Assembly: GCA_964016885.1 (NCBI GenBank)
Contig: OZ024747.1
Location: 35,526,001-35,590,000, forward strand
DNA length: 64,000 nt
Reading direction: 5' to 3'
Origin: Eledone cirrhosa
Lineage: Eukaryota
The notes beneath the pieces are model-generated. The model ran no database searches. It was not told the DNA's origin and was given only the letters and a program-made list of their open reading frames with translations. The translations under genes and the position numbers were made by a program. Below are positions 1 through 13,364 of this stretch, in pieces. How positions within the stretch are numbered: the first letter of the stretch is position 1; each line of letters starts with the position of its first letter.

Positions 1-2750
1 GTGCAAAGTATAATGGTTTGTATGATGCTGTGGCTGAAGGAGATTCAGTAAATGCAGGCTGAAGGATTATTCTTCCTCCTTCAATCTATGGTTCCCCTCG
101 CCTCTACAGTGAGTGCTTCCAGAATTAAATAACTGTGGTTCGACACATAGGAAAGCCCTATTATTTCATCACACTAACAACTAACCCTAACTGGGATGAA
201 ATAAAAAAAAGTCTGCACCCTGGTGAAGAACCTGCGCACCGTCACGATATTTGTACAAGATCAAGTATGACAGCCGCATGGATGACATACTGAAAACAAA
301 TGTCCTAGGAAAAGTTGTGGCGCATTTTGCTACAATAGATTGGCAGAAACGAGGCCTCACTCATGCTCATATTCTGCTGATAATGGATGAAGATAGCAAA
401 CCCAAAACTGCTGATGCTATTGATCAGGTAGCGTACTGTGAGATTCCTGATAAAGAGACCAATCCAATTCTGCATAAGATCATCACATCCTGCAACATTC
501 ATAGCCCTTGTGGACAAGCTAATATGATTTGCTCATGTATAGAAAGGCTAGGACAACAGCGTCATTGCTCAAAAGGTTATCTTAAGGTATTCAGGCAAAT
601 CACATTTGTTGCCGAAAATTCCTTTCCTGAGTACGGAAGGGGGATGAACAGCATGGTGGTCACATCCATAAAATCCAACTTGAAGGTCAAGAATTTACTG
701 TTGATAATCTTTGGATTGTTCCATACAACCCTTTCCTCTTATTGACACATCAGTGCCACATCAATTGTGAGGTTGTCCACTGTCAAGGCTGTTAAGTACT
801 TAGAGAAGTACGTTACAAAAGGATCAGACAAGATCACTTTCACTATTAAGGATGATCAAGGAAATTGTGTCCATGCCGAAAATGAGATTGAGACCTATAT
901 CAAAGCACGGTACATCTCAGCCAGTGAAGCGTTCTGGAGAATCCATAAATTTACATTACATCATCGAAAACAGCCAGTTGAAAAGTTGCCTTGACATTTA
1001 CCTGGGGAACAAATCGTCGTGTATGAGTGAGGGCAGGAAGAAAATGTTGTTTCTGAGGGACAGCCAAAGACTAAGTTGACGGAATATTTACAACTGAATA
1101 TTAGAGACCCACTGGTACAAAACATATTATATATTAATATTCCTAAATATTTCACTTGTACAAGCAAAAAGTGGCAAAGAAGAAAAAAGGGACATCTGGA
1201 TGATGATCAACAATTTATGAGTGAATCTCTTGGACGCATTCCAACAGTATCTCTCAGTAGACTTCAATCTGAATTATATTATCCTAGGATGATCCAACAT
1301 CACAAGGTTTGGTCAACTTCATACAAAGATTTGAGGACAATTGAAGGTGTTGAATTTCCAACACCCCAAGAAGCATGCAGGAAACCTGATCTGTTGGATG
1401 AAAATGAAGAAAAAGACAAAGTTATGGAAGAGGTCCACAGCTGCGAGAGATCTTCTGCACCATTTTACTATACTTCATGCCAAATGACCCTCTCTAGTTC
1501 TTGCAGAGGATATTATACATGAACGTCAAGAGCAAGTCATGCCCATGCAAACCATGCAGATTGTTCTACAGAAGAGCCACCAAAGACTTCAAAATGATGG
1601 CTTGGACATTCATGCCAACTATGGACTTCCTCAGCCAGACCTAACTATTGTTGCCATAACATAAATCAACAGGGATCTTATGACAGTAACTGATTTCAAG
1701 CAAACATAAATGAACTTCTGCCAAAACTTAATCCTGAGCAACTGGTTATATTTCACAAAGGAATCACCTCTGTAAATGAACGTAGAACTTTCTGCTTGAA
1801 TGCAAGTGCAGGCACAGGAAGGATTTATGTCATCAACATCATATTGGATTACCTCCGATCTAAAAAAAAACATTGACTTGCCACTACCATATCTGGATAG
1901 CAGCCAATATTCTTCACAAAGGTAGAACGCTTCATTCCAAGTTCAAGATTTCTCTCATTGTGACTGCTGAATAAACTTGCTTCTTCACAAAGCGGGATGT
2001 CACGTGTAAAGCCATGCAGCATGCTGAACTTCTAATCATTGATGAGATAGGTATGGGACATATGTTCGAATGCCTTCACAGGAGCTTCAAATGATGTTCG
2101 AGTTTGCAAAAAGCCATTTGGTGTTCTAACAGTTTTACTATCTGATGACTAGAAGCAAATTCTTCCAGTTGTACGCCATAGTGCTAGACCACAAATAGTA
2201 GAGGCAACCATCAAGAGATCTTATCTCTGGGACCAACCATGGAGATGACAACCAATCACCGGATACTTAATTCAGAGGATTCTGTTGAAAGACAGTTTGC
2301 AAACTACTAACTTGATGTGGGAAATGGTAACATTCCAACTGTTCCAACTGTAGGTGCATTCACAATTCCTCTGCCAAATAAACTTTGTTTGGATTATAGA
2401 AATGTTTCTGGACTGTCTGATTTTGTGTATGTAAAAATTCCAGGAAACTACAAGGAACATACTATGGCTTGCAAATAGAGCCATTATCATTCCAAGAAAT
2501 GATGCAGCAAAATTGGTGAATGAGTTCATGATCAACAAGTTCCCTGGTAATGAAATAATCTACAGAAGCTCCGGTACAGTAGATAATGAACTGCAATATC
2601 CAATTGAGTTCATCAACAAACTTACCCCATCAGGCTTACCAACACAATACTTAAACTGAAGAAAAGCAAATGCTACTGAGAAATCTGTATCCTCAAAACG
2701 GGCATTGCAATGGTACAAGTTACATCATCTTCAGTTTACATAATCATGTA
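1..2750 (+). pseudogene. Helitron Rep-Helicase pseudogene (5' part outside the window)
   Basis: HUH Rep motif WQKRGLTHAHILL, KYLEKYVTKGSDK and RYISASEAFWRI. PIF1-like helicase remnants (ASAGTGR, DEIGM, QILPVV, GHCNGT). Many stops and frameshifts. Confidence 0.93.
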
Positions 2751-3275
2751 AACTCACGAGTTACAAAAAAATAAAATATAATAATATTAAATGTCTCTAC
2801 AAAGAAATGTTACAGAGATGTGAATCAGCTATCATTCTTTTTTAATTGAAATGCATTTCAGTTTCTTTTTAATTGCTGGAAAAGGGACATTACAACAATT
2901 TAAGACGTCTATATGTGAATACAGTAAAACCACAATATAGCGAAGGTAAACTCTTTATATTCGTAAATGTAATTCATTCATTGACACCAGCAGCATCTAT
3001 TTTCAAATTCATTGATTGAAGCTTCCCATCGACATTCTCAAATGAAGATTCATGAATATTTTCCGTCAACAGTTTCAGCAATTTTCCATGTTCATTATCA
3101 CCTTTTTTTTTTAAAAATGTATCATGGATTTCTTTACTAATTACAGAAGTAAGTGTAACACAGTCATTGTTCAATGTATGTGCATATTGTCAATTTACTT
3201 TTCAGTTTACGTATCATATCTATATACATATATATTTGTTTATATCAATATACACACTATATAAGCTAGCAGAAA

Positions 3276-3303
3276 ACCGGTGGGAGGGCGGGTGTTCTAC
3301 TAG
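3276..3303 (+). mobile_element. Probable Helitron 3' terminus (degenerate hairpin plus CTAG|T)
   Basis: ACCGGTGGGAGGGCGGGT-GTTCTA-CTAG-T lies downstream of the Rep-Hel relic. Confidence 0.55.
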
Positions 3304-3369
3304 TAACTATAAGGTAGCGTCTTATAATGTTGAAATCAAAAATGTTACACACATGCACACACACGGTCC

Positions 3370-4358
<989 letters not shown>

Positions 4359-5199
4359 TTCAAGAGTAACCAATCTTAAAGAGAGAGATGGAGATAGTAG
4401 AGGAGATATGAGAGGAGAAATTGGTGAGTTAGTTAGAAGCCAAAGCGTAAAGGCGTGTGCTCAATGTGCAATATGCAGTAGAATGCAGCTAGGTGGCTGG
4501 GTTCATGCAGATGTTAGGTGCGCAGAGCTGGAAATATACATTAGTTAAGAAAAAAAAGACCACAAACTTCACAAGGAAGACATTATATAAAGATTGTCAA
4601 CATATTTTAGTTTGATGTAAGGAATGTAGAGAATAATAATAATAATATTAATAATAATTGTTTCTACTTTATAATATTAATAATATTAATAATAATAATG
4701 TCCGTTTACAATTGTTTCGCTACTCCATATAGTATTTCTGGATCAGATGATTATATACCATAATTGATCTGGTTCAGTTGAAAATAATTAACATATTTAA
4801 AAAACAGAGTGGCTCATCGGAACTTCAAAGGAATATAAATTAAAATAATGGGATGATGTTACATAATATAGTATTCCATATATTGGTTTTTACTATGGTG
4901 TCTTGGCTGCATCAGTTGTCAGCCATAATCAAGCAGTATTCATCTGTCGAGGCTGCATTGTGTGAGATCTGCCTATGGGTAACAATATGGCTGCCAAAGG
5001 CCATATTTACCTTACTAATTAGAGGGTGGTTTCAGGGGAAGTAACTTCTCGAGAGATTAGAAATTTTGAGTGTTTATATTTAAGTGCTAATTTTTAAATG
5101 TTTTAATTGAGAGACAATGTAGGGGAGGTAACTTATAATTATCGAGTAGTTCATAGCAATTTAACTTATTAGCTACAAGTAAAAATGGGGCTACATGAC

Positions 5200-7500
5200 T
5201 AAGTTGGGTCAAAAATTCTATTGGCGAAGGAATTATCCCTTCAATGTTGACAGCTAATGGTTACCTCCGTTCTATCGTTAATCGGTAGAGGTCGTGATAG
5301 AGTTATGTAATATGCTTCCGTAACACAGAGATCACAAGATTTTCTCCGTCCATTGAACGGTTGGGCCCTAGCCACGATATCCCAATTTAGTGACTGTTGA
5401 ACGTTGTTTAATTTAAGGTTTTTAATGAGCCTAGCTAGCGATGTCGAACATCTGTTGCTAGGGTCTCGGAAGGATAAAGAGTGCGCATTATAGCGTACCT
5501 TAAAAGCGTTAGAGGTAGACTCGATATAAGAGCTGGTATTCGAAGCAGTCTCAACCGTGCACCTATAGACTATGTTGGGTGTCAGGCAGTGTCCATTTAA
5601 TGGGCATGCATTGGGGTAACGGCAGTTGAAGTTTCTTCTGCGGTTAGGAGAGTAGGGTTGTTTAACCTCAGCGGTAGGTCCTTGCTAGAAGGATTAGATG
5701 GGGGAGGTGTGCTACTAGAGTAATTATTGGTGTAATGGCGTGGTGTATTTGATAGGGGTGGTGGTACCGCGGTGTGGAAGTTATACTGTCTTAGCTTTTG
5801 ATGGTTACAGAACGCGATGTGGCTAGCTAGGTTAGGTGTTGTGGAGAATGAGATTTTAAAATTATTTTTATTAAAGGGTTTGTAATATCTATGGTTGGGG
5901 GGGGGGGTATTTGGATAGGATACAGAAGAAGCGTTTGGGGATATTAGTGGCTTGATTAGATGAAAATGGGGGGTTGAGCCAGGTGATATTTCTAGTTCTA
6001 TTCCTTCTAGGGGTTTAGGTGGAGTTGGTATGGGCCTTCCTAGGGTTATTATTACCTGGGGATTTGTTATTTGTCATCCCATTTCTCATTCCTATTCTAG
6101 GGTTGATTTTTAGTTTGCTACTTGGAGTGGGGAGCAGGCCGCTGCCACCATTAAAGTTCCCTGTATAGGTGCTGTTACTGCTAAAATTCCGGCGAATCTG
6201 GCTATATGCTAAGGTATTTCTAGGTCTAGTGTTAAGTCTATTATGGTGTGTTGCTGTGTTATGGCATTTAGGTATGTAGGTATGTAATAAATTGATTGTT
6301 TATAACCAGATTCAGAGAGAGCCTTATTATAATATTGTGCGTGGTTTATAAATATCTCCTCATTTGCTGATAGCATTGAGATCCTATAGGAGATAGATTT
6401 GATTACTGCTCTGATGACTGCCAGTGGGTGGTTAGAGTTTGGGCTAATATATGTGAGTATTTCACCTGGTTTATGGTAAGGGTTATACAGGTTATTGTTG
6501 AGATTAAGAGTGACGTCTAGGAAGGTTACTAATTTATGTTTTATCTGATGGTGATAGAGAGACCGTTATTTTTGAAGAATCTATGTAATTTTTTCTTTAG
6601 CAAATCGATTCCCCGAGTAGTGCAATTGTGGACAGCAAAAAGGGCGTTGTCCCTGTATATTCCGCCTTGCATGGGTTGGATTTCGGCTCTGATGTTATGT
6701 AATAGGTAAATCCCAACTAAATCGGTGATTTGCGCGGAGTCACTTGAGCCCATCGTAATGTCAAAGTAGTCTGTTCTATCTTTTCTAGTCCAGAGTGCTC
6801 CGTTGAATTCAATGAAAGTCTGCCTAGCCATAGGTATGATGTTAATCTCATTATTGGTTATGTCCGAGTTAGTGGTGGCTAGGGATAGTGCTTTTTTGAG
6901 CAGTTCCGGGGTTATTGACGCATAATAGCTGTCTATATCAAATTGGATGAACCTCATAGATTTCTTGGAACTTAGATCGGAGAACCATCTGATGACTTAG
7001 CCGGTGTTGGACCACACCTTGTAGGTGGGATCATCCCGTAGCCCGGGGATTATCCTATCAAGGATGTTCTTACTGATGCGGCCCAGGTCAGATGTGGTTG
7101 GGCTTATTAGTCTAATGGATGAGTTCACTATAAAGTTTGGCTTGTGATCCTTGAGAGAGAACCTTGGGGTTGTTGGTACATAAGGGTTAGAAAATCTATC
7201 CAGATGCAAGTCCTTAACCAAAGCGTGGGCTTTTCGGTTAAGTACGTTTACACTGTAGGGTGTAGTTTTTTTATAGTTTTTATTGAGATATTTAAGAAGG
7301 AAAGAGTCGTAAGTTTCAGGAGTCATGGTGTATATATTTTTGGTTTTGTCAGACATAACATGTAAGAGGTTGCTATCTTTAAATTTGTTCATAGTTGTTG
7401 CTAATGTAGTGAGGAAGTTATTCCTTTGTCTATAATGTTTTTTGAACTTAATGCTCCTGACGAAGTTGAATAGATCTTTCTCAAAAGGGTGCAGCAGGAT
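5200..7500 (-). pseudogene. Penelope-like element (Naiad-like) RT plus GIY-YIG pseudogene
   Basis: SDKTKNIY, LKDHK, QFDIDSYYASI, FDITMGSSDSAQITDLVG, GGIYRDN, and C-terminal NCRYPNACPLNGHCL..IVYRC..FKVRYNAH. Frameshifted. Confidence 0.9.
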
Positions 7501-7525
7501 GTTGTGTGGGGGGGGGGGGGGTTCT

Positions 7526-7564
<39 letters not shown>

Positions 7565-7701
7565 AGTCTAATTTACTACACAAAACGAAGGTTATAGAGA
7601 AAATTGAGGTTGGTAATGCACATGGAATATATAAGAGACAGAATACTTTTTTGTGAAAAAACATATAATTTTATAAGGTAAGGAAATAATAAAGGGTATA
7701 A

Positions 7702-7749
7702 AAAATGACCGGTTTCGATGGGTCTACAAAAGCCATCTTTTCAAATGTT
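7702..7749 (-). ncRNA. Minimal hammerhead-like motif (U3-A8 core), stem I decayed
   Basis: Minus strand: TTGAAAA-GATGG..CCATC-GAAA-CCGG-TC, upstream of the PLE ORF in the same sense. Confidence 0.55.
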
Positions 7750-8284
7750 GATTAATATTAAGAAAAATTAATAATACGAAGAGTTAAAATTTGAGATTTG
7801 AAAATTCAAGTATAAAATTCATTGTGGGATTTCATAGTAGTTTTCATCTTGGTAGCAACAAGTTGACTGCTGTGTGCCTTTCTGGTAGTGAATGAGAAGT
7901 TATTTGGGGGTGTGGGTTATTTTATTAAAGGTCAGATTTAGCAATGGCCAGCTGGCCAGCTGCTGGTCAGTGAGGGGGTGGAAGCAATATACATACATAT
8001 ATCTTCCTGTGGTGGGTAGGAGAGGGGAGCGTGATAGAAAGGGATTTAGTGCACTTACACCTATATATACACACATACCTTCATCCACACATATACATAT
8101 ACATACACACATACACACACATATATACACATATACACATGACAATCCCTTTCCGCTTGATGGCACTGTGAGATTTCTCATTGTGATACTGCTGGAATTT
8201 GGGGGTGATTCTAGCACGGAAGTGTACTATCGCTGAACATTAATATCGGTAAGGTTTTTTTTTTTATATCGATATTGGTCGGGC

Positions 8285-8408
8285 TTCCACTGATGCTTTA
8301 TAAGTGCCCACCTCCATATATTCCCACGGACTATGTGTAGGCTTCTACATAACCTGGACATTATTTTCCCAATTTGTAGAAAACTTATAATGAAACGATC
8401 GTTTGGAA
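8285..8408 (+). ncRNA. Hammerhead with 79-nt stem II insertion (core mutated to CTGATGC)
   Basis: TTCCA-CTGATGC-TTTATAAG..CTTATAAT-GAAA-CGATCG-TT-TGGAA. Confidence 0.6.
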
Positions 8409-8621
8409 AGAGAGATGTATTTTAATTATGTTTCATATAAAATAATACAACTGACTCTCCGCAAAATACGTATAGTTACCACCCCAAACGTATAATTGGG
8501 ATTATCCTATGATATATCCTAATGTTTGTTGAGTGAGACGGAAGCCGGTCGGAGTATTGCTTAAATCTTTCTCTGTTAATGTATTACATATATGTATATA
8601 TATATATGTGTGTATATATAT

Positions 8622-8710
<89 letters not shown>

Positions 8711-8766
8711 TACATATATACATATATATATATACATATATATACATATATATATATACATATATA

Positions 8767-8850
<84 letters not shown>

Positions 8851-9044
8851 TATATATACATATATTTAATACATTAACAGAGAAAGCTTTAAGCAATACT
8901 CCGACCGGCTTCCGTCTCACTCAACAAACATTAGGATATATCACTGTATAATCACAATTATACGTTTGGGGTGCTAACTATACGTATTTTGCGGATAGCC
9001 TGTTGTATTATTTTATATGAGACATAATTAAAATACATCTCTCT

Positions 9045-9168
9045 TTCCAAACGATCGTTTCATTATAAGTTTTCTACAAATTGAGAAAATAATGTCCAGG
9101 TTATGTAGAAGACTACACATAGTCCGTAGGAATATATGTAGGTGGGCACTTATAAATCATCAGTGGAT
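9045..9168 (-). ncRNA. Hammerhead with extended stem II
   Basis: Minus strand: TCCA-CTGATGA-TTTATAAG..CTTATAAT-GAAA-CGATCG-TT-TGGA. Confidence 0.75.
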
Positions 9169-9620
9169 GCCCGACAAATATCGATATGAAAAATACCTTG
9201 CCGATATTAATGTTCAGTGATGGTACCCTTCCGTGCTAGAATGACCGCCAAATTTGAAATTCCAGCAGTCTCACAATGATAAATCTCAGTGCCATCAAGC
9301 GGAAAGGGGAGGTCATCGCAAAACATAAAATAATAAAATAATATGCACGCGAGTCAATTAATTTTTCAATAATTTTAACCATACGTGAAGAACTCAATTG
9401 GATATAAAAAAAAAATATATGCATGTATTATTTATACACGCATATAGGTATTTTCTTAGGCTAAAAACAGAGATAAGATACCGGAAGAACAATCAATATT
9501 TCATACAATGAATAAATACGGAAAGTCATACCTAAAAAGTATCTGGAAATATTCATCCCTGGCCAAATCAAGAGTATAATATTTAATACATTAACAGAGA
9601 AAGCTTTAAGCAATACTCCG

Positions 9621-10098
9621 TCAAGCAACACTTCCCTGTCCCTCATTATCGCTGCCATGTCCTGCGTCTCCAACAGAACAGTGTCCGTTCTTAGGGCATC
9701 AACATACGTTAACCTTGGTCTTCCACTTCCAGTGTCCATGTAGGGGCTCCCACAGGAGCACTGATTGCAATGTGAACTCTGGATGTCGGTGAGCATGTCC
9801 AGATAACCTCAGTCTCCTCTGTGTCACATTTCAGGTGACTTTTGGGAGGATCCCATACAGCTCTGAGTACGGAAGATGATGTGGTTGAGAGGAAGAGCAA
9901 AGCCTGGGCGGCGTGCCACAGCTTGAAATCGGTGTGGTAGTCGGACCTTCGTAAAGACTTGAAAATCCGCCTCTTCATTGCTGTAGTGGAGGCTGTGCTG
10001 CTGTACGCGTCTGAGACTTGGACACTGACCAAGAAACTCACTCAGATGCACGATGGGTGCTACACGAGAATGCTGAGGATGGCTCTGAACATTAATCA
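9621..10098. mobile_element. RTE-clade LINE 3' fragment with an internal inversion
   Basis: Plus 9770-10095 encodes KIRLFIAVVEAVLLYASETWTLTK..DGCYTRMLRMALNI. Minus 9621-9760 encodes the C-terminal GRPRLTYVDAL..IMRDREV. Confidence 0.8.
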
Positions 10099-10101
10099 GT
10101 A

Positions 10102-10132
<31 letters not shown>

Positions 10133-10167
10133 TTATAAGAATCAAAGAACTGTTCAAAACATTTTTA

Positions 10168-10214
10168 TGCTTACAACTGTTTCCTCCAAACCGAGGTTTG
10201 ATTTCTTCGGAGCA
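10168..10214 (-). ncRNA. Minimal hammerhead variant (CCGAAGA core) in the inverted pLTR
   Basis: Reverse complement of 13318-13364. Confidence 0.6.
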
Positions 10215-13200
10215 ATTTATTATTGAATGAACACTTATATGACCTCCTTTTCACCCAAGAGACGTACAGATACATATGCAAATGTTGTGGGTCAACATTT
10301 ATTATAGCATATAGAGTGGCAGTACACACTTAGAGATTACATTCATAAAAAGAAAAAAAAAATTATTAAAAAAAAAAAAATTATTCAATTTGATATCAAT
10401 TCATACTACACCTCTATTTCCCCTATCCTATTAAATAAGGCACTAATCATAACCATGAACAATAGTGACCTGACTAGAGCCCAGATTGATGTCATCCTTG
10501 CGCCCCGTAAAACCATAATCACCTTCGAGGACCAACTATGGACACGCAAGGATACGCACAACAACTTCGACATAACCATGGGATCTAGTGACTCGGCGCA
10601 GGTCACTGATTTGGTCGGCCTATACCTACTTAATGAAATCCATAAGGACCTCCCTTACCTCAACGGTGGTTTGTACCGCGATGAAGCACTTCTACTTATA
10701 GAATATAAAAAAATTCAATATAGAAAGAACTAGAAAACTATTGCACAAGACATTCAAAAACTTTAACCTTAGTATCACCATGGACAAAAACACTAAAAAT
10801 GTTAACTTCCTAGACGCCACACTATACCGAGACTAAAAAATATATACACCTTTCCATAAGCCTAACGAAAAACTCCTTTACGTAGATATCAAGTCCATTC
10901 ACCTTAGATCAATATTAAACTCTATCTCTAAGCGGGTATCCAATAGAGTCTCTAATCTATCCTATGCCGCAAACATATTTAGCAAAAACGCACAATATTA
11001 TAATCAAGCATTAGCTAGATCCGGCCATAATATAGAAATTGAGTTCCTACCTAAGAAAACGCATAGCTACAACATCATCTCGCACAACATGTCCATGACG
11101 AAACCTAATAATATGAATAGCAACCACACGTACACTAAAGCGGAGGGTGCCACCGGAAGTAACCATTACCACGGAAACTACCGTAGTACCTTAGGAAGAA
11201 ACAACACACCAGACACTAAAAACAAAAATAGAAGAAGAAATAATACATTTTTCAACCCTCCTTTCAACCTAAATGTCTCCACCAACATACCTAGGGCTTT
11301 CTTCTCACTACTAGATAAAAACTTCCCTCTAGGACACAAGTACCACAACCTTTTAAACAAAAAACACTATTAAAATCTCATACTCTACGACGCCTATCTT
11401 AGCATACCACATAGCTAGCAGCAATAAAAGTAAAATTAATTCACACACAGGATAATTGTAACTGTATAGCTAATAGAACCTGCCCTTTAGATAAAAAATG
11501 CCTAACCAAGGATATCATATACTCATGCACCGTCACAACTAGCAACTCTTCAGAAACCTATGTAGGCTCCACTTCTAACTGCTTCAAAATCACATATAAT
11601 TCGCACATCCACTCGTTCAAAAAGCACAGTCTAGCCAACTCCACCTCACTATCTAGCTACATACACTATCTAAAAACTAAAAATAAACCTTACACACTCA
11701 AATGGGAAGTGATAGTTAGCGCGAATTCGTACAAACCACCTAATAAATTTTGTAACCTCTGTATACTAGAGACCCACAATATTATCTTCTCTAACCGTAA
11801 CCTACTTAACAAAAAAATCTGAGGTGTTTGCAACTTGCCAGCACCGCTACAGACATTCCTTCCAAAACTTTAAGCCCAATATATAGCAATGTCGGACCTG
11901 AACCAAACACCACCTCTAGCATCAAACACCAGGGGCACACCTTATACCACATACCCAACACTCACTGATCTAATATAACACAAACCGCGACATCCCTCTA
12001 GAACCCTTCACAGGGGGAATACCCATTTGTACCTCTACTTTAGGTGTGACAACATCCACCTGCTTGAACTGCACTACACCACTTTATAGTTAATTTAAGC
12101 ATTGAATTGATTGTCTTGTTGGTGCTGTGCGGAGGAAGTGCCATCGTTGGACAAATGAAAAACGGATTAATCTAGTAACGCTGATGAGCAGTATGACCCG
12201 TACGGTGATTGCAGTGAATGAAAGTATTGCAAGTAGCGTATGGGTTGTACATATATGGATGATTTGATGGTCAGATTGGAGTCATGAGGACTGTAGATTG
12301 AACTCTGGTCGGCCCTAGTGATGATTATCTTTCGACATCCAATGTAGCAAGCATAACCCAGAACTTACCAGAGATCATTGTGTGTTGAAGTGATGCTGCA
12401 ATCACCGTGCCTGGTTCTTTGAGTAGACTGCAACCACAGACATCATTAATTTAGAATTCTCGCTCGTCGTGTATAATATTCATTTGTGGCACTCTACGAT
12501 GGGGGTTAATCACCATAATAAGAACACCTTCAGCACAACTTAATAGACTACTCTATAGTTAAAACACTTTAAATTTTAGAATTTTTTTAGAAATTGCGCA
12601 TAACCATATAAGTTAGGGTCTATTTTGAGGCACATTTTAATAGTTAGTAATAGAAACCACGGAGTTACCTCCCCTCATGCATTAACTCCCCTTAGCCACA
12701 CACACACTTCCGGGTAGTATTTCGATGTCGATTCTCGAAACGTAACATCCTCCTGTATTGAGCTAAAGAACATCAGACTACGATTCTCTAAATGGATTGT
12801 CAAACGCCCAATATCGAATCGTCGTGGATTATGTGAGGGGCATATAATCTGAAAAATACGCGCCCCAGACTATGAAAATGTCGAAGTGCATGAAATCCAT
12901 ATCATCGCTTCGCCGCGCATTTCCAATATTTTTAATGCTTACACTATTTGTAATACTTATATTATTTCTCCACACACAGACTATAACAGTCATATAAAGA
13001 ATTCGTCACCAGATCAACCACCCTAACACTCTCGATTACCTGCTTAAGTGCTTCTACTACACGTAACTCTCTGCCACACTATATAAACAAGACGCGCGTG
13101 CTTGCCACACATATAACCTTTGCACTATATAACCGCTTAATTTCATGTTGTATTTTAACCTGTATTTTTGATTGTATCTTTTAATATGAATGTAATCTCT

Positions 13201-13317
13201 TAGTGTGTACTGCCACTCTAAATGCTATAATAAATGTTGACCCACAATATTTGCATATGTATCTGTATGTCTCTTGGGTGAAAAGGAGGTCATATAAGTG
13301 TTCATTCAATAATAAAT

Positions 13318-13364
13318 TGCTCCGAAGAAATCAAACCTCGGTTTGGAGGAAACAGTTGTAAGCA
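13318..13364 (+). ncRNA. Minimal hammerhead variant (CCGAAGA core)
   Basis: TGCT-CCGAAGA-..CAAACC/GGTTTG..-GAAA-CAGTTG-TA-AGCA. Confidence 0.6.

Larger units (their letters stand above)
8146..9620. mobile_element. Non-coding HHR-bearing repeat (retrozyme-like, 717-bp unit) with an inverted partial copy
   Basis: 8146-8590 is the reverse complement of 8865-9310. The unit start at 8868 recurs at 9585. Homologous to 18841-20155. Confidence 0.75.

Noticed and set aside
4701-4747. Minus-strand HHR remnant (GAAA-CAATTG-TA)
   Set aside because: The core reads CCAGAAA, too degenerate to call.
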